NCBI GenBank assembly: GCA_016432445.1
Contig: CP066689.1
Location: 600,001 to 632,000, forward strand
Length of the DNA stretch: 32,000 nt
From: Candidatus Saccharimonadota bacterium
Lineage (GTDB): Bacteria > Patescibacteriota > Microgenomatia > UBA1406 > GWC2-37-13
Reading direction: 5' to 3'
In this document: in pieces, positions 6,394-15,971 of the stretch
Numbering within the stretch: position 1 is the stretch's first letter
How the letters are laid out: every line of letters begins with the position of its first letter
Made by a program: the position numbers and the translations under genes
Notes under the pieces: model-generated
What the model saw: the letters and a program-made list of their open reading frames with translations, nothing else
Database searches by the model: none
What the model was told of the DNA's origin: nothing

Positions 6394-6658
6394 TAAACTT
6401 AAATCGGTGGCTTTCCTCTCCCTTAAATATCTTATCTTCATAAACAAGAGCTAAGCATTCTGAATCAAACTTTCTAAAAAAATCAGTCCACGTGATTTTT
6501 TCAAGTCTATCATTTCTGCCGTTGTTTAAGAAATCAAAAGATAGTCGGTCTTCTTCATTAATTATTTCTTCATCTTTTATGACAGTCGGTATGCCATTGC
6601 GATCCTGCACCCAATTTTTTATCTCTTTGTGATTTCGTGTAATTCTTTTGAAATTCAT
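6380..6658 (-). CDS. conserved uncharacterised small protein (92 aa)
   Basis: The pattern T.NH.EI.NW...R.G.P....LSFDF......LE.ITW.DFF.KFD...LALVY matches a widespread small-protein family that I recall as uncharacterised. Confidence 0.55.
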   Translation of the reverse strand: MNFKRITRNHKEIKNWVQDRNGIPTVIKDEEIINEEDRLSFDFLNNGRNDRLEKITWTDFFRKFDSECLALVYEDKIFKGEESHRFKFIKID

Positions 6659-6753
6659 ATTTTTTAAAAAAACTGATAATGTTAAAAATCTTAATAATAA
6701 AGATTAAGAAGTCTCCAAGAAATCAGTAAGAAGGATGTAAGAGTTTACAAAAA

Positions 6754-7437
6754 TTATTTTATAACGAGAGTTATTTCTCCTCTAAAAGATTTATTTATCA
6801 ACTCTGAAGGTTTACCGCGGACAACTTCCTCGAATTTTTTAGTGATTTCACGGGCAACTGCCACATCTGCAGTAGGGTTAACTTCATTTAATATCTCTAA
6901 CGTTTTATTGACTCTATGGGGCGAGTCGTAAGCGGTAAAGATTGTTTCAGGAATGATTTTTTTTATTTCAAGCATTTTACGGATGAGTTTAATTATTTCA
7001 TTATTTTTTTTAGGAATAAACCCGACAAAAAACATATTTCCAGGGTTAAACCCAGATAAAACAACGGCAGTTGTAGAGGCAGTAGGGCCAGGAATAACTG
7101 TAAAAGGAATCTTTTCTTTGATGACATGATTGACTAAAAGAAAGCCGGGATCGGATATAAGAGGCAAACCTGACTGAGAGATAAGCGCGACTTCTTTATT
7201 TTCCTTTAATAAATCTAAAACTTCCGGTAGTTTTTCAAATTCTTTTTCTTTATAATAAGAAATTAATCTTTGAGAAGATTTAGTTGCAAGACCGAAAAGG
7301 TCTTTTATTTTTAAAATTAAAAGTCCGGTAGAACGGGTGTCTTCGGCTAAAATATAATCAACAGAAGTTAAAGTTTTTGCCTGTCGCAAAGACAAGTCTT
7401 CTAAATTACCAATTGGAGTGGCGACTATATATAGCAT
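6754..7437 (-). CDS. rsmI: 16S rRNA (cytidine1402-2'-O)-methyltransferase
   Basis: MLYIVATPIGNLEDLSLRQ...ILAEDTR N-terminus, typical of RsmI and the tetrapyrrole-methylase fold. Confidence 0.88.
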   Translation of the reverse strand: MLYIVATPIGNLEDLSLRQAKTLTSVDYILAEDTRSTGLLILKIKDLFGLATKSSQRLISYYKEKEFEKLPEVLDLLKENKEVALISQSGLPLISDPGFLLVNHVIKEKIPFTVIPGPTASTTAVVLSGFNPGNMFFVGFIPKKNNEIIKLIRKMLEIKKIIPETIFTAYDSPHRVNKTLEILNEVNPTADVAVAREITKKFEEVVRGKPSELINKSFRGEITLVIK

Positions 7438-8076
7438 ATGGAACAGATAATAGCTTTCTTAACAAACCTTATTATACAGGTTATTGAAAAAAGCGGTTAC
7501 GCAGGCATTTTTATACTGATGGCGGCAGAATCCGCTCTTATTCCAATTCCTTCTGAGGTAACTATGACTTTTGCCGGTTACCTTGCGTCAATCGGGAAAT
7601 TCAATATTTATATGGTGATTTTTATGGGTGCGTTTGCAAATTTGGTAGGTTCGATCGTTGCTTACTGGCTGGGTTATTGGGGAGAAGACGCTTTTATCAG
7701 AGACGTTATTAAAAAATACGGTAAATGGGTTTTTATTACAGTTGATGAGTATGAGAAATCTGAGAGATGGTTTCGTAAATATGGGGAAAAGATAGTTTTC
7801 ATTACGCGCGTTTTACCGATAATAAGAACCTTTATCTCACTGCCTGCAGGAGTAGCCAAAATGAATTTTTGGCGTTTTTCGGTCTATACTTTTGTTGGTT
7901 CATTAATTTGGAGCGCACTTTTGACGTATATAGGTTTTGTACTTGGAAAAAACTGGCACTCTTTAGAACAATATTACCGGAAGTTTGAGTATGCAATTGT
8001 TGCCGGAATAGTAATTTTGGTTATCTACTACATCCACCATAAATGGAAAAAAATCACAAAAAAATTGCACCCTTAA
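7438..8076 (+). CDS. dedA: DedA family membrane protein
   Basis: The motifs ...AESALIPIPSEV... and ...RVLPIIRTFISLPAGV... are characteristic of DedA/SNARE-associated proteins. Confidence 0.85.
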   Translation: MEQIIAFLTNLIIQVIEKSGYAGIFILMAAESALIPIPSEVTMTFAGYLASIGKFNIYMVIFMGAFANLVGSIVAYWLGYWGEDAFIRDVIKKYGKWVFITVDEYEKSERWFRKYGEKIVFITRVLPIIRTFISLPAGVAKMNFWRFSVYTFVGSLIWSALLTYIGFVLGKNWHSLEQYYRKFEYAIVAGIVILVIYYIHHKWKKITKKLHP

Positions 8077-8285
8077 CCTGTTAATTCAGAATTACCCCTT
8101 TGAGCGGGGCGGAGACCAAAGTCTCCAAGGGCGCGTGGCACAGTGAAACCGGAAGCCTTGTTGTTCGATTGCTAGCCATCACGCCATATGCGGTAAGCTG
8201 ACCAACCTATAAAGCACAAAAAGCTTCCTGCGAATACCCACCAGTCGGGGTGAAAGTATGCAGATAGCACTCCCGCCACTCTAAA

Positions 8286-8477
8286 CTATGGTCTTGGGTG
8301 GCGATGATGGTCTTCAAACCGCCTGAAGTCGCTGGTTGGTTTTCTGGTGAGCGCAGCCGTAGCAATCAGCACTAAGCCGATAATTACGAGGGCGCCTGCC
8401 TCCAGGCTAATTTGACGCTGAGATGCTATGAGTGCTAATCCTGCGAAAAACAAAATGACGCCTGTAATCTGTAGCAT
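8286..8477 (-). CDS. small membrane protein, 63 aa, 2 TM (cassette C gene 2)
   Basis: Two hydrophobic helices plus a basic/His-rich tail. AGGAG Shine-Dalgarno. Same length and architecture as 8506..8697. Confidence 0.55.
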   Translation of the reverse strand: MLQITGVILFFAGLALIASQRQISLEAGALVIIGLVLIATAALTRKPTSDFRRFEDHHRHPRP

Positions 8478-8505
8478 GTCTTTCTCCTCCTTTAACCAAG
8501 ACTTT

Positions 8506-8697
8506 TCATCTCGAGTTCTGGCGTGCGTGGTCGGACTTACGGTAATCGGCCACTGGTCCTGCTATAAGATAGTGGACCACAATCATGGCTACGCCTACTA
8601 ATGCTACTACAATTGCTCCGCGTCGACCTGGCATAAATAAAAATACCAGGTTTGCAACCCCAACGATCAGAATGACTACTCCTACTGTTTTGAGCAT
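8506..8697 (-). CDS. small membrane protein, 63 aa, 2 TM (cassette C gene 1)
   Basis: Two hydrophobic helices and a polar tail. AAGGAG Shine-Dalgarno. It lies downstream of a diverged copy of the cassette A/B leader. Confidence 0.55.
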   Translation of the reverse strand: MLKTVGVVILIVGVANLVFLFMPGRRGAIVVALVGVAMIVVHYLIAGPVADYRKSDHARQNSR

Positions 8698-8792
8698 CTG
8701 ACTTACTCCTTCTAAATATTTTTTTTGAGCATAAGCTCTTTAAACTCACAAATATTTATGAGCTAAAAAAGCTTATGCTCTTTACTTTCCAC

Positions 8793-8884
8793 CAATTTGT
8801 CAAAGTTCAAAAAATATAATAAGCCAAAAAAGGCAAGCTATTAGCATTTTTTACTTATTTTATCAGCCTATATTATACCAAATT
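8793..8884 (-). promoter_or_regulatory. diverged third copy of the cassette promoter/leader (extended -10 TGgTATAAT at 8880..8872)
   Basis: Blocks shared with 2674-2790: caatttgtcaaRgttcRaaRaaat, ggcaRgctatt, tttatc..agcct and attataSca aatt. Confidence 0.5.
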
Positions 8885-8940
8885 GCTATGGGTTAGTGTT
8901 TTTTTTCCAAAAAAAGGTCATAGATAAGATGTACAAATCA

Positions 8941-8971
8941 GCCTCAATCCACCCCGTACGTGGATTGAGGC
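8941..8971 (+). promoter_or_regulatory. 11-bp-stem palindrome in the uvrB upstream region
   Basis: gcctcaatcca-N9-tggattgaggc, ending 18 nt before the ATG at 8990 and immediately before the AAGGAAG Shine-Dalgarno. Confidence 0.4.
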
Positions 8972-8989
8972 TAAAAAGGAAGTGAACTA

Positions 8990-11176
8990 ATGGTATACGA
9001 CTATAAAAAGTGGTACAATTATTGGTTTATGCAATTTACTCTTACTTCAAAATTTAGTCCTACCGGAGATCAACCTCAGGCGATAGAGAAATTATCTGAA
9101 GGAATCAAAACTGGCCTTAAAAACCAGGTTCTTTTGGGTGTGACTGGTTCTGGTAAGACTTTCACCATGGCTAATATGATCGAAAAACTTCAAATGCCCG
9201 CGCTCATAATTTCGCACAATAAAACTTTAGCTGGTCAGCTTTATCAGGAAATGAGAGATTTCTTTCCGGAAAATGCCGTCTCTTATTTTGTTTCTTATTA
9301 TGACTACTACCAGCCTGAAGCTTATATGCCCCAAACTGACACTTACATAGAAAAAGAAGCTCAAATTAATGAACTTATTGATAAACTACGTTTACAATCA
9401 GCCACAAATATTTTGACCCGCAAAGACGCTATTGTTGTCGCTTCAGTGTCCTGCATTTACAATATTGGGTCTCCAGTTGATTATGGAAAATATATTTTAA
9501 ATCTGGCTATAGGTGATAAAGCCAATTGGAACAGCATTGCTTACCGGTTGGTAGAACTTATGTATTGCCGGGCTGAGTTTGAGTTTGGCCGCGGAACTTT
9601 CAGGATAAGAGGGGAGAGCATGGATATTTACCCAGCTTATGAAGATTATGGTTATAGAGTAAAATCCAAAAATGGAATCATCAGCGAGTTTGTAAAATTC
9701 GAACCATTAACTGGTAATGTCATTGCGAGCGAAGCCAGGTACAGGCCTGTACCTGACGAAGCGAAGCAATCTCACAATGGGATTGCTTCGTCACCTTCGG
9801 TTCCTCGCAATGACGGTCTGAAATCTATAATCGTCTACCCCGCCAAGCAGTATCTTACTGATAAACTTAAGTTCGACTCCTCCGAGCAGCAAATAAGAAC
9901 CGATCTTAAAAAAGAATACGATGATTTGAAAAACCAAGGTAAAGATCTAGAGGCTCACAGACTTCTAAAAAAAGTGAATTATGACTTAGAAATGATAAAA
10001 GAGGTTGGTTACGTAAATGGAATAGAAAACTATTCGCGTTATCTTGATGATAGACGGCCAGGCGATCCTCCCTACAGTTTAGTTGATTACTTTACCCAAG
10101 CTTACGGAAAAAATTTTTTAGTTTTCATTGATGAGTCGCATATGACAGTGCCCCAGTTAAGAGGTATGTACAATGGTGATTTTTCTAGAAAAAAAACATT
10201 AATTGATTTTGGTTTTAGAATGAAAGCGGCTTATGATAATAGACCTTTAAAATTTGAAGAATTTTATCGCCTTCCTCCGCACATAATTTATGTGTCAGCA
10301 ACTCCTGATGAGTGGGAAATAAATCAATCGAAGACGGAAGTAAAAACGAAAGTAGGGAACGCAGATCTGCGTTCCGTACAACATGATGGGGTTGTTGAAC
10401 AGTTGATAAGACCGACCGGCATTATTGATCCTCAAATAACTGTCAGGCCATCATCAACAGAGATTCCTGATTTGGTTGAGGAAATAGCGAAAAGAGTTAA
10501 ATTAAACCAAAAAATACTGGTAACTACTCTAACAAAAAAAACGGCGGAAGATTTAACAGAATATTTAAAAGATAAGCAAGTAAGAGCCTCATATCTTCAT
10601 TCGGATATTCAAACTCTTGAGCGGTCTGACGTTTTGGATAATTTGAGAAAAAATGAGTTTGATGTTTTAATTGGTGTTAATTTGTTAAGAGAAGGATTAG
10701 ATTTACCTGAAGTCTTTTTGGTGGCTATACTTGACGCCGATAAAGAAGGTTTCTTAAGATCGAAAACTTCACTTGTTCAGACTATGGGAAGAGCGGCCAG
10801 AAACGTATCAGGAGAAGTTATAATTTATGCTGATACAATGACTAAGTCAATTAAAGCCGCAATAGAGGAAATTGAGCGCCGAAGAGCTTATCAATCTCAA
10901 TACAACAAAAAACACAATATTACACCAACTACAGTTCTTAAGCCAATAAGAGAAAAAATCATCGAAAAGCCAGAAGATTATTTAGCATACGATGCACCAA
11001 AATCAGATATCGGCAAGGAATATTTAGATAATCTAAAAACAGATTCACTCACACCATACGATAGAAAGAAAGTTGTTAAACGTTTGGAGAAGGAAATGAA
11101 AAAACAAGCCGAAGATCTTAATTTCGAGATGGCTATTAGGATAAGGGATAAGGTAAGGGAGTTAAAAACCATTTGA
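8990..11176 (+). CDS. uvrB: excinuclease ABC subunit B
   Basis: GDQPQAI, GVTGSGKTF, YVSYYDYYQPEAY, DESH, the helicase motifs and a C-terminal UVR domain. An alternative start at 9029 (MQFTLTSKF...) aligns better to E. coli UvrB, but 8990 has a Shine-Dalgarno. Confidence 0.97.
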   Translation: MVYDYKKWYNYWFMQFTLTSKFSPTGDQPQAIEKLSEGIKTGLKNQVLLGVTGSGKTFTMANMIEKLQMPALIISHNKTLAGQLYQEMRDFFPENAVSYFVSYYDYYQPEAYMPQTDTYIEKEAQINELIDKLRLQSATNILTRKDAIVVASVSCIYNIGSPVDYGKYILNLAIGDKANWNSIAYRLVELMYCRAEFEFGRGTFRIRGESMDIYPAYEDYGYRVKSKNGIISEFVKFEPLTGNVIASEARYRPVPDEAKQSHNGIASSPSVPRNDGLKSIIVYPAKQYLTDKLKFDSSEQQIRTDLKKEYDDLKNQGKDLEAHRLLKKVNYDLEMIKEVGYVNGIENYSRYLDDRRPGDPPYSLVDYFTQAYGKNFLVFIDESHMTVPQLRGMYNGDFSRKKTLIDFGFRMKAAYDNRPLKFEEFYRLPPHIIYVSATPDEWEINQSKTEVKTKVGNADLRSVQHDGVVEQLIRPTGIIDPQITVRPSSTEIPDLVEEIAKRVKLNQKILVTTLTKKTAEDLTEYLKDKQVRASYLHSDIQTLERSDVLDNLRKNEFDVLIGVNLLREGLDLPEVFLVAILDADKEGFLRSKTSLVQTMGRAARNVSGEVIIYADTMTKSIKAAIEEIERRRAYQSQYNKKHNITPTTVLKPIREKIIEKPEDYLAYDAPKSDIGKEYLDNLKTDSLTPYDRKKVVKRLEKEMKKQAEDLNFEMAIRIRDKVRELKTI
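9721..9816 (+). repeat. 96-nt in-frame palindromic repeat element inside uvrB
   Basis: Flanked by cattgcgag...ctcgcaatg. Internal palindromes caggtac-aggcct-gtacctg and gaagcaatc-N9-gattgcttc. It adds 32 codons (IASEARYRPVPDEAKQSHNGIASSPSVPRNDG) that are absent from E. coli UvrB at this point. Confidence 0.8.
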
Positions 11177-11216
11177 TTCAGGATTTAAGATTCATGAATC
11201 ATGAATCTAAACTTAT

Positions 11217-14099
11217 ATGTTAAATTCAATCAAAATAAAAGGGGCAAGACAACATAATCTTAAAAATATTGATCTTGAAATTCCTAAAAATAAATTTGTA
11301 GTGATAACTGGTGTTTCAGGATCGGGTAAATCCTCTTTGGCTTTTGACACAATTTATGCTGAAGGACAGAGGAGATATGTTGAATCTTTATCGGCCTACG
11401 CCAGACAGTTTTTAGGAATAATGGATAAGCCGGATGTAGAAAGTATCGAAGGCCTATCCCCTTCTATTTCAATTGACCAGAAAACTGTTTCACATAATCC
11501 CCGTTCAACAGTGGGAACAATCACTGAAATCTATGATTACCTGCGTCTTTTATATGCCCGTATCGGTCACCCTCATTGCCCAAACTGTAAAATTGAGATC
11601 AGCAAGTTGTCAGTTGATGAAATTACAAGAAAAGTGTTTGATGCTATTGCTTTAGAACTGAATAAAGATAAAATCAAGCCTCACCAGTTTTCAATACTTT
11701 CGCCTATTGTTAGAGAAAGAAAAGGTGAGTTCAAGGATCTTTTTGATAACTTGAGCAGTAAAGGTTATACAAAAGTGAGAGTTGACGGCAAAGAAATAGA
11801 GATAAGCAGAGATATTAACTTAATAAAAACTAACAAACATACGATTGAGGTTATTGCTGACTCATTTTTTGTTTCGTATAGAGATTTTAAAGATGAGATT
11901 TTTAAAAGTAACTTAAGATCCCGCCTAAGCAGTAATATTGAACAGAGTACTAATTTATCAGATGGATTGGTTATTTTGAAAAGCTCTTCAGAAGAACATC
12001 TTTACTCGGAAAAATTTTCATGTCCCAACTGCAATTTGTCTCTTCCCGAAATCGAGCCGAGGATGTTTTCCTTTAATTCTCCCATTGGGGCGTGTGTAAC
12101 CTGTAAAGGCATAGGCACTATTTATAAGGTCGATCCTGAACTAGTACTTAACAAAAACTTAAGTATTAATGAAGGCGGTATTATCCCCTTCAGCAAGTTC
12201 TTTTTTATGGAAACATGGTACACCAGAATAATAAAAAAGATGGCTGAAGAGAAAGAAATTAATCTGAATAAACCTATTGAAAAGCTTGGGAAAGAAAAGA
12301 TTGAGACACTCCTTTATGGAACTGATGAGGTTTATCATGTGCCTGGAACAAACCGGCAAGGAAGACATACTGTCATACATGAAAAGTTTGATGGAATAGT
12401 GAAGGAGTTGGAACGGAGATACTTTGATTCCAGCAGCGACTACAGCGGTATGGATTTTCAAAAATACATGCGGGAGGAAGTTTGCGAATATTGCCGCGGA
12501 GCTAAACTTAAACCAGAGGTTTTATCAATCACAATTGATAATCAGAATATAGCTAAGCTTTCAGATTTTTCAGTAACTGATCTTATTGATTACTTAAAAA
12601 ATAAATTATTGTCAAAGATTAATAACTATGAAACCCAGATTGCCACTCCAATTTTAAAGGAAATTGATACGAGATTGACATTTTTAAATAATGTGGGATT
12701 ATCTTACCTTACTGTTTCCCGAGCCGCCAAGACTTTGTCAGGAGGAGAACTTCAAAGAATACGTTTAGCTTCGCAGATCGGAACAGGCCTAACCGGAGTT
12801 CTTTATGTTCTTGATGAGCCTTCAATCGGACTTCATCCTAAAGATGTTTCCGCTCTTATTGACAGCCTAAAAAATTTAAAAGAGCTGGGTAATACATTAA
12901 TTGTGGTTGAGCATGACCGCGAAACAATTGAGTCGGCAGATTATATTGTCGAACTTGGGCCCCATGCTGGGAAAAACGGCGGTAACATTATTTTCACAGG
13001 ATCTGTTGAACAAATTAAAAAGTCTGAAAAAGCTTTAACTGGTCAGTTTTTATCAGGAAAAAAATTAATAGAATTGACTAAAAATGAATTAGTTTCCACT
13101 CGAGGAAAAATCTCACTTAAAGGTGCCAAGCAATATAACCTTAAAAATATAAATGTTGATTTTCCATTAGGAAATCTCATTGCGGTGACCGGTGTATCTG
13201 GGTCAGGGAAATCTACATTGGTAACTGAAACTCTGTATCCAGCCCTTAAATACTATCTTGATGGTTACTATCAGGAACAAATGGGTGATTTCCAAAGATT
13301 AGAAGGATATCACTATATTGATCGCGTCTACCTTGTTGATCAGGGTCCAATAGGAAGAACTCCAAGATCAAATCCAGCAACGTACATTGGTTTTTTTGAT
13401 CTTATAAGAGACATTTTTGCTAAAACAATTGAGGCAAAAGTCAAAGGCTTTGAGAAAGGACGATTCTCATTTAATGTTAAGGGAGGCCGATGTGAGAAGT
13501 GTCAAGGTGCAGGAGTCATAAAAATTGAGATGCAGTTTTTACCAGATGTTTATGTGATCTGTGATGTCTGCGAGGGCATGCGTTACAACAGTGAAACGCT
13601 CGAGATTAAATATAAAGGTAAAAGTATTTATGATATTTTGAAGATGACGGTTGATGAAGCTGTTGACTTTTTCCAAAATCATCTATTAATTCACACAAAA
13701 CTACTCTTCCTTAAAAAGGTGGGCTTAGGCTATGTTGAACTCGGCCAGCCAGCTCCTACTTTCTCAGGAGGCGAAGCTCAAAGAATAAAACTGGCCAATG
13801 AACTTTCAAGAAAAGAAACTGGAAAGACTATGTATATTCTTGATGAACCCACTACTGGACTTCACTTTTATGATATCGAAAAACTTCTTCATGCATTAAA
13901 TGAGTTAGTCGCACGGGGTAATACGGTTGTAGTTATCGAACATAATCTTGATGTCATCAAAAATTGTCAGTACGTAATTGATATGGGGCCGGATGGAGGG
14001 ACAAAAGGCGGCCAGGTAGTTTATCAAGGAGAATTTAAAGGAATACTGAAAACAACATCCTATACAGGGGACTACTTAAAGAAAATGTTGTACTATTGA
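11217..14099 (+). CDS. uvrA: excinuclease ABC subunit A
   Basis: Two ABC ATPase modules ([29 protein letters not shown]), zinc-finger Cys clusters and 960 aa. Confidence 0.97.
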   Translation: MLNSIKIKGARQHNLKNIDLEIPKNKFVVITGVSGSGKSSLAFDTIYAEGQRRYVESLSAYARQFLGIMDKPDVESIEGLSPSISIDQKTVSHNPRSTVGTITEIYDYLRLLYARIGHPHCPNCKIEISKLSVDEITRKVFDAIALELNKDKIKPHQFSILSPIVRERKGEFKDLFDNLSSKGYTKVRVDGKEIEISRDINLIKTNKHTIEVIADSFFVSYRDFKDEIFKSNLRSRLSSNIEQSTNLSDGLVILKSSSEEHLYSEKFSCPNCNLSLPEIEPRMFSFNSPIGACVTCKGIGTIYKVDPELVLNKNLSINEGGIIPFSKFFFMETWYTRIIKKMAEEKEINLNKPIEKLGKEKIETLLYGTDEVYHVPGTNRQGRHTVIHEKFDGIVKELERRYFDSSSDYSGMDFQKYMREEVCEYCRGAKLKPEVLSITIDNQNIAKLSDFSVTDLIDYLKNKLLSKINNYETQIATPILKEIDTRLTFLNNVGLSYLTVSRAAKTLSGGELQRIRLASQIGTGLTGVLYVLDEPSIGLHPKDVSALIDSLKNLKELGNTLIVVEHDRETIESADYIVELGPHAGKNGGNIIFTGSVEQIKKSEKALTGQFLSGKKLIELTKNELVSTRGKISLKGAKQYNLKNINVDFPLGNLIAVTGVSGSGKSTLVTETLYPALKYYLDGYYQEQMGDFQRLEGYHYIDRVYLVDQGPIGRTPRSNPATYIGFFDLIRDIFAKTIEAKVKGFEKGRFSFNVKGGRCEKCQGAGVIKIEMQFLPDVYVICDVCEGMRYNSETLEIKYKGKSIYDILKMTVDEAVDFFQNHLLIHTKLLFLKKVGLGYVELGQPAPTFSGGEAQRIKLANELSRKETGKTMYILDEPTTGLHFYDIEKLLHALNELVARGNTVVVIEHNLDVIKNCQYVIDMGPDGGTKGGQVVYQGEFKGILKTTSYTGDYLKKMLYY

Positions 14100-15934
14100 A
14101 TAATATGTCTTTGATTCTTCGTAATGTATTGACATCTATACTTTTCGTTATTTTTATTGTTTTACCCTACCAAGTTAAGGCACAGGATTTTAAAAGCGCT
14201 TATAAAGCCGAGTATTTTTTAAGTACTAATCAAGGAAGAATAACCGCCAGTGTTAAATTTGCTGCCTTGTTGACTAACCTTAGATCTGATATATATGTTA
14301 AAAAATTTTCAATAATTTTCCCAATGTCATTTGAGATTAAAAATATTAAAGCTTATGATGATAAAGGCGCAATCAATCCGTCAGTAACTACTGAAGGCTC
14401 GAAGATCAATATCCAGCTTGAGTTTAATGATCCTAATATTGGCAAGACAAGCGTTAACACTTTTAATTTAGAGTTTGATCAGGAGAACCTTTTTAAGGTT
14501 AATGGTAATGTGTGGGAAGTTATACTTCCGGTCATTGATGATAAGACAAGTGATAACTATCAGGTTATTGTTCATCTTCCATTAAATGAGGAAAAAAAGG
14601 TATCTATCTCAAAACCTAAGCCAGATGAGATAAAAGGTAACACTATTACATGGAATAATCCAAAAGTTAAAACTATTTATGCAGTCTTTGGCGATAAGCA
14701 ATATTACCAAACTAAGTTATCATATCATCTACGCAATCCTAAAATAATACCAGCTTATGCTGATATTGCTTTTCCCCCCGACACGCTTTATCAAAAAATT
14801 TTTATTAATAACATTGTACCAGCTCCAAGTTATACATATATCGACGAAGATGGAAATTTTAAAGCGAGATATTTGTTAAAGCCTAAAGAAAATCTTAATA
14901 TTTTATTTGATGGTGTGATTGAAGTTTTAAGCCAACCTCGATCTGAGCTTCAACCTCTGACTCGAGAAAAATTTCAGAACCAAAAAATATATTTACTTAC
15001 ACAAAAAAGCTTTTGGGAATTACCTACATCATCAAACATAAAAGTAGGTAAATCGCCAAAAGAAGTATACGATTTTGTAGTGGACAACCTAAAATATTAC
15101 TATGAAGGACTAAGTAAAAAGGACTTAAAAAGATTAGGAGCTGCTCAGGCTTTAGTAACACCAGAAAAGGCAGTCTGTGTAGAATTTACAGATTTATTTA
15201 TAGCAATTGCCCGTGAAAAAGGCCTTTATAGTCGAGAGATACAAGGGTATGGTTTTTCCAATGATCAAAAGTTAAGGCCTTTATCTTTAATCGCCGATGT
15301 GCTTCATTCCTGGCCTGAATATTATAATGATAGGACTGGTTTATGGGTGCCTATTGATCCAACTTGGGAAAATACGTCAGGCATTGATTATTTTTCTTCA
15401 TTTGATTTAAATCACATTGCTTTTGCCATCCATGGAAAAAATCCTGACAGTCCAGCTCCAGCCGGCTCTTATAAGCTTGCAGATACAAAAGATGTGTCAA
15501 TAGTTGCGGTTTCCTCAAGGCCTGATGAACAAACTAATGTAGGCACGAATCAGATTAACCTTCCCTCGCAGATTACTGATAAAGGAGAATATGAGACAAA
15601 GATAACAGTTGTAAATAACAGTAATGTTTTTCTTTACGATTTGCCAGTTGAGTTTATCTCAGATAACTTAGTTCTTTCACCAGACATGACAACGATAGCC
15701 TCTTTTGCTCCTTATGAAAAAAAAGAGATTATTTTAAAATATAAATCTCTTAATAAAAATAAAAAAACTAAAGCGAATTTATCAGTATCGGTTATGAAGA
15801 ATAACGTTTTTACTGGAACAATAGTTATTCTGCCATACTATTATCAATGGGGAATTTACATTGGTTATGGAGTAATTGGAATCTCGGCATTGATCTTGTT
15901 TTTCAAATTAATCCTAAGAAAACGGCCATTCTAG
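14096..15934 (+). CDS. transglutaminase-like domain protein with an N-terminal signal/TM and a C-terminal TM anchor
   Basis: Cys-His-Asp core pattern VCVEFTDLFIAIAR...HSWPEYY...WVPIDPTW. Hydrophobic N- and C-termini. The start is either the TTG at 14096, which overlaps the uvrA stop, or the ATG at 14105. Confidence 0.75.
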   Translation: MNNMSLILRNVLTSILFVIFIVLPYQVKAQDFKSAYKAEYFLSTNQGRITASVKFAALLTNLRSDIYVKKFSIIFPMSFEIKNIKAYDDKGAINPSVTTEGSKINIQLEFNDPNIGKTSVNTFNLEFDQENLFKVNGNVWEVILPVIDDKTSDNYQVIVHLPLNEEKKVSISKPKPDEIKGNTITWNNPKVKTIYAVFGDKQYYQTKLSYHLRNPKIIPAYADIAFPPDTLYQKIFINNIVPAPSYTYIDEDGNFKARYLLKPKENLNILFDGVIEVLSQPRSELQPLTREKFQNQKIYLLTQKSFWELPTSSNIKVGKSPKEVYDFVVDNLKYYYEGLSKKDLKRLGAAQALVTPEKAVCVEFTDLFIAIAREKGLYSREIQGYGFSNDQKLRPLSLIADVLHSWPEYYNDRTGLWVPIDPTWENTSGIDYFSSFDLNHIAFAIHGKNPDSPAPAGSYKLADTKDVSIVAVSSRPDEQTNVGTNQINLPSQITDKGEYETKITVVNNSNVFLYDLPVEFISDNLVLSPDMTTIASFAPYEKKEIILKYKSLNKNKKTKANLSVSVMKNNVFTGTIVILPYYYQWGIYIGYGVIGISALILFFKLILRKRPF

Positions 15935-15953
15935 GGTCGTCTTTACATCTAAA

Positions 15954-15962
15954 TGCTATAAT
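15954..15962 (+). promoter_or_regulatory. extended -10 (TGcTATAAT) 9 nt upstream of the uvrC ATG
   Basis: Sequence TGCTATAAT-ttaaggaca-ATG. Confidence 0.4.
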
Positions 15963-15971
15963 TTAAGGACA

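Noticed and set aside
8077-8285. The G+C-rich gap as SRP RNA, tmRNA, RNase P or 6S RNA
   Set aside because: I could not find the SRP domain IV motif (GGAA/GNAR loop with AGCA internal loop), the tmRNA tRNA-like ends, or the conserved RNase P regions. It is kept only as an unclassified candidate.
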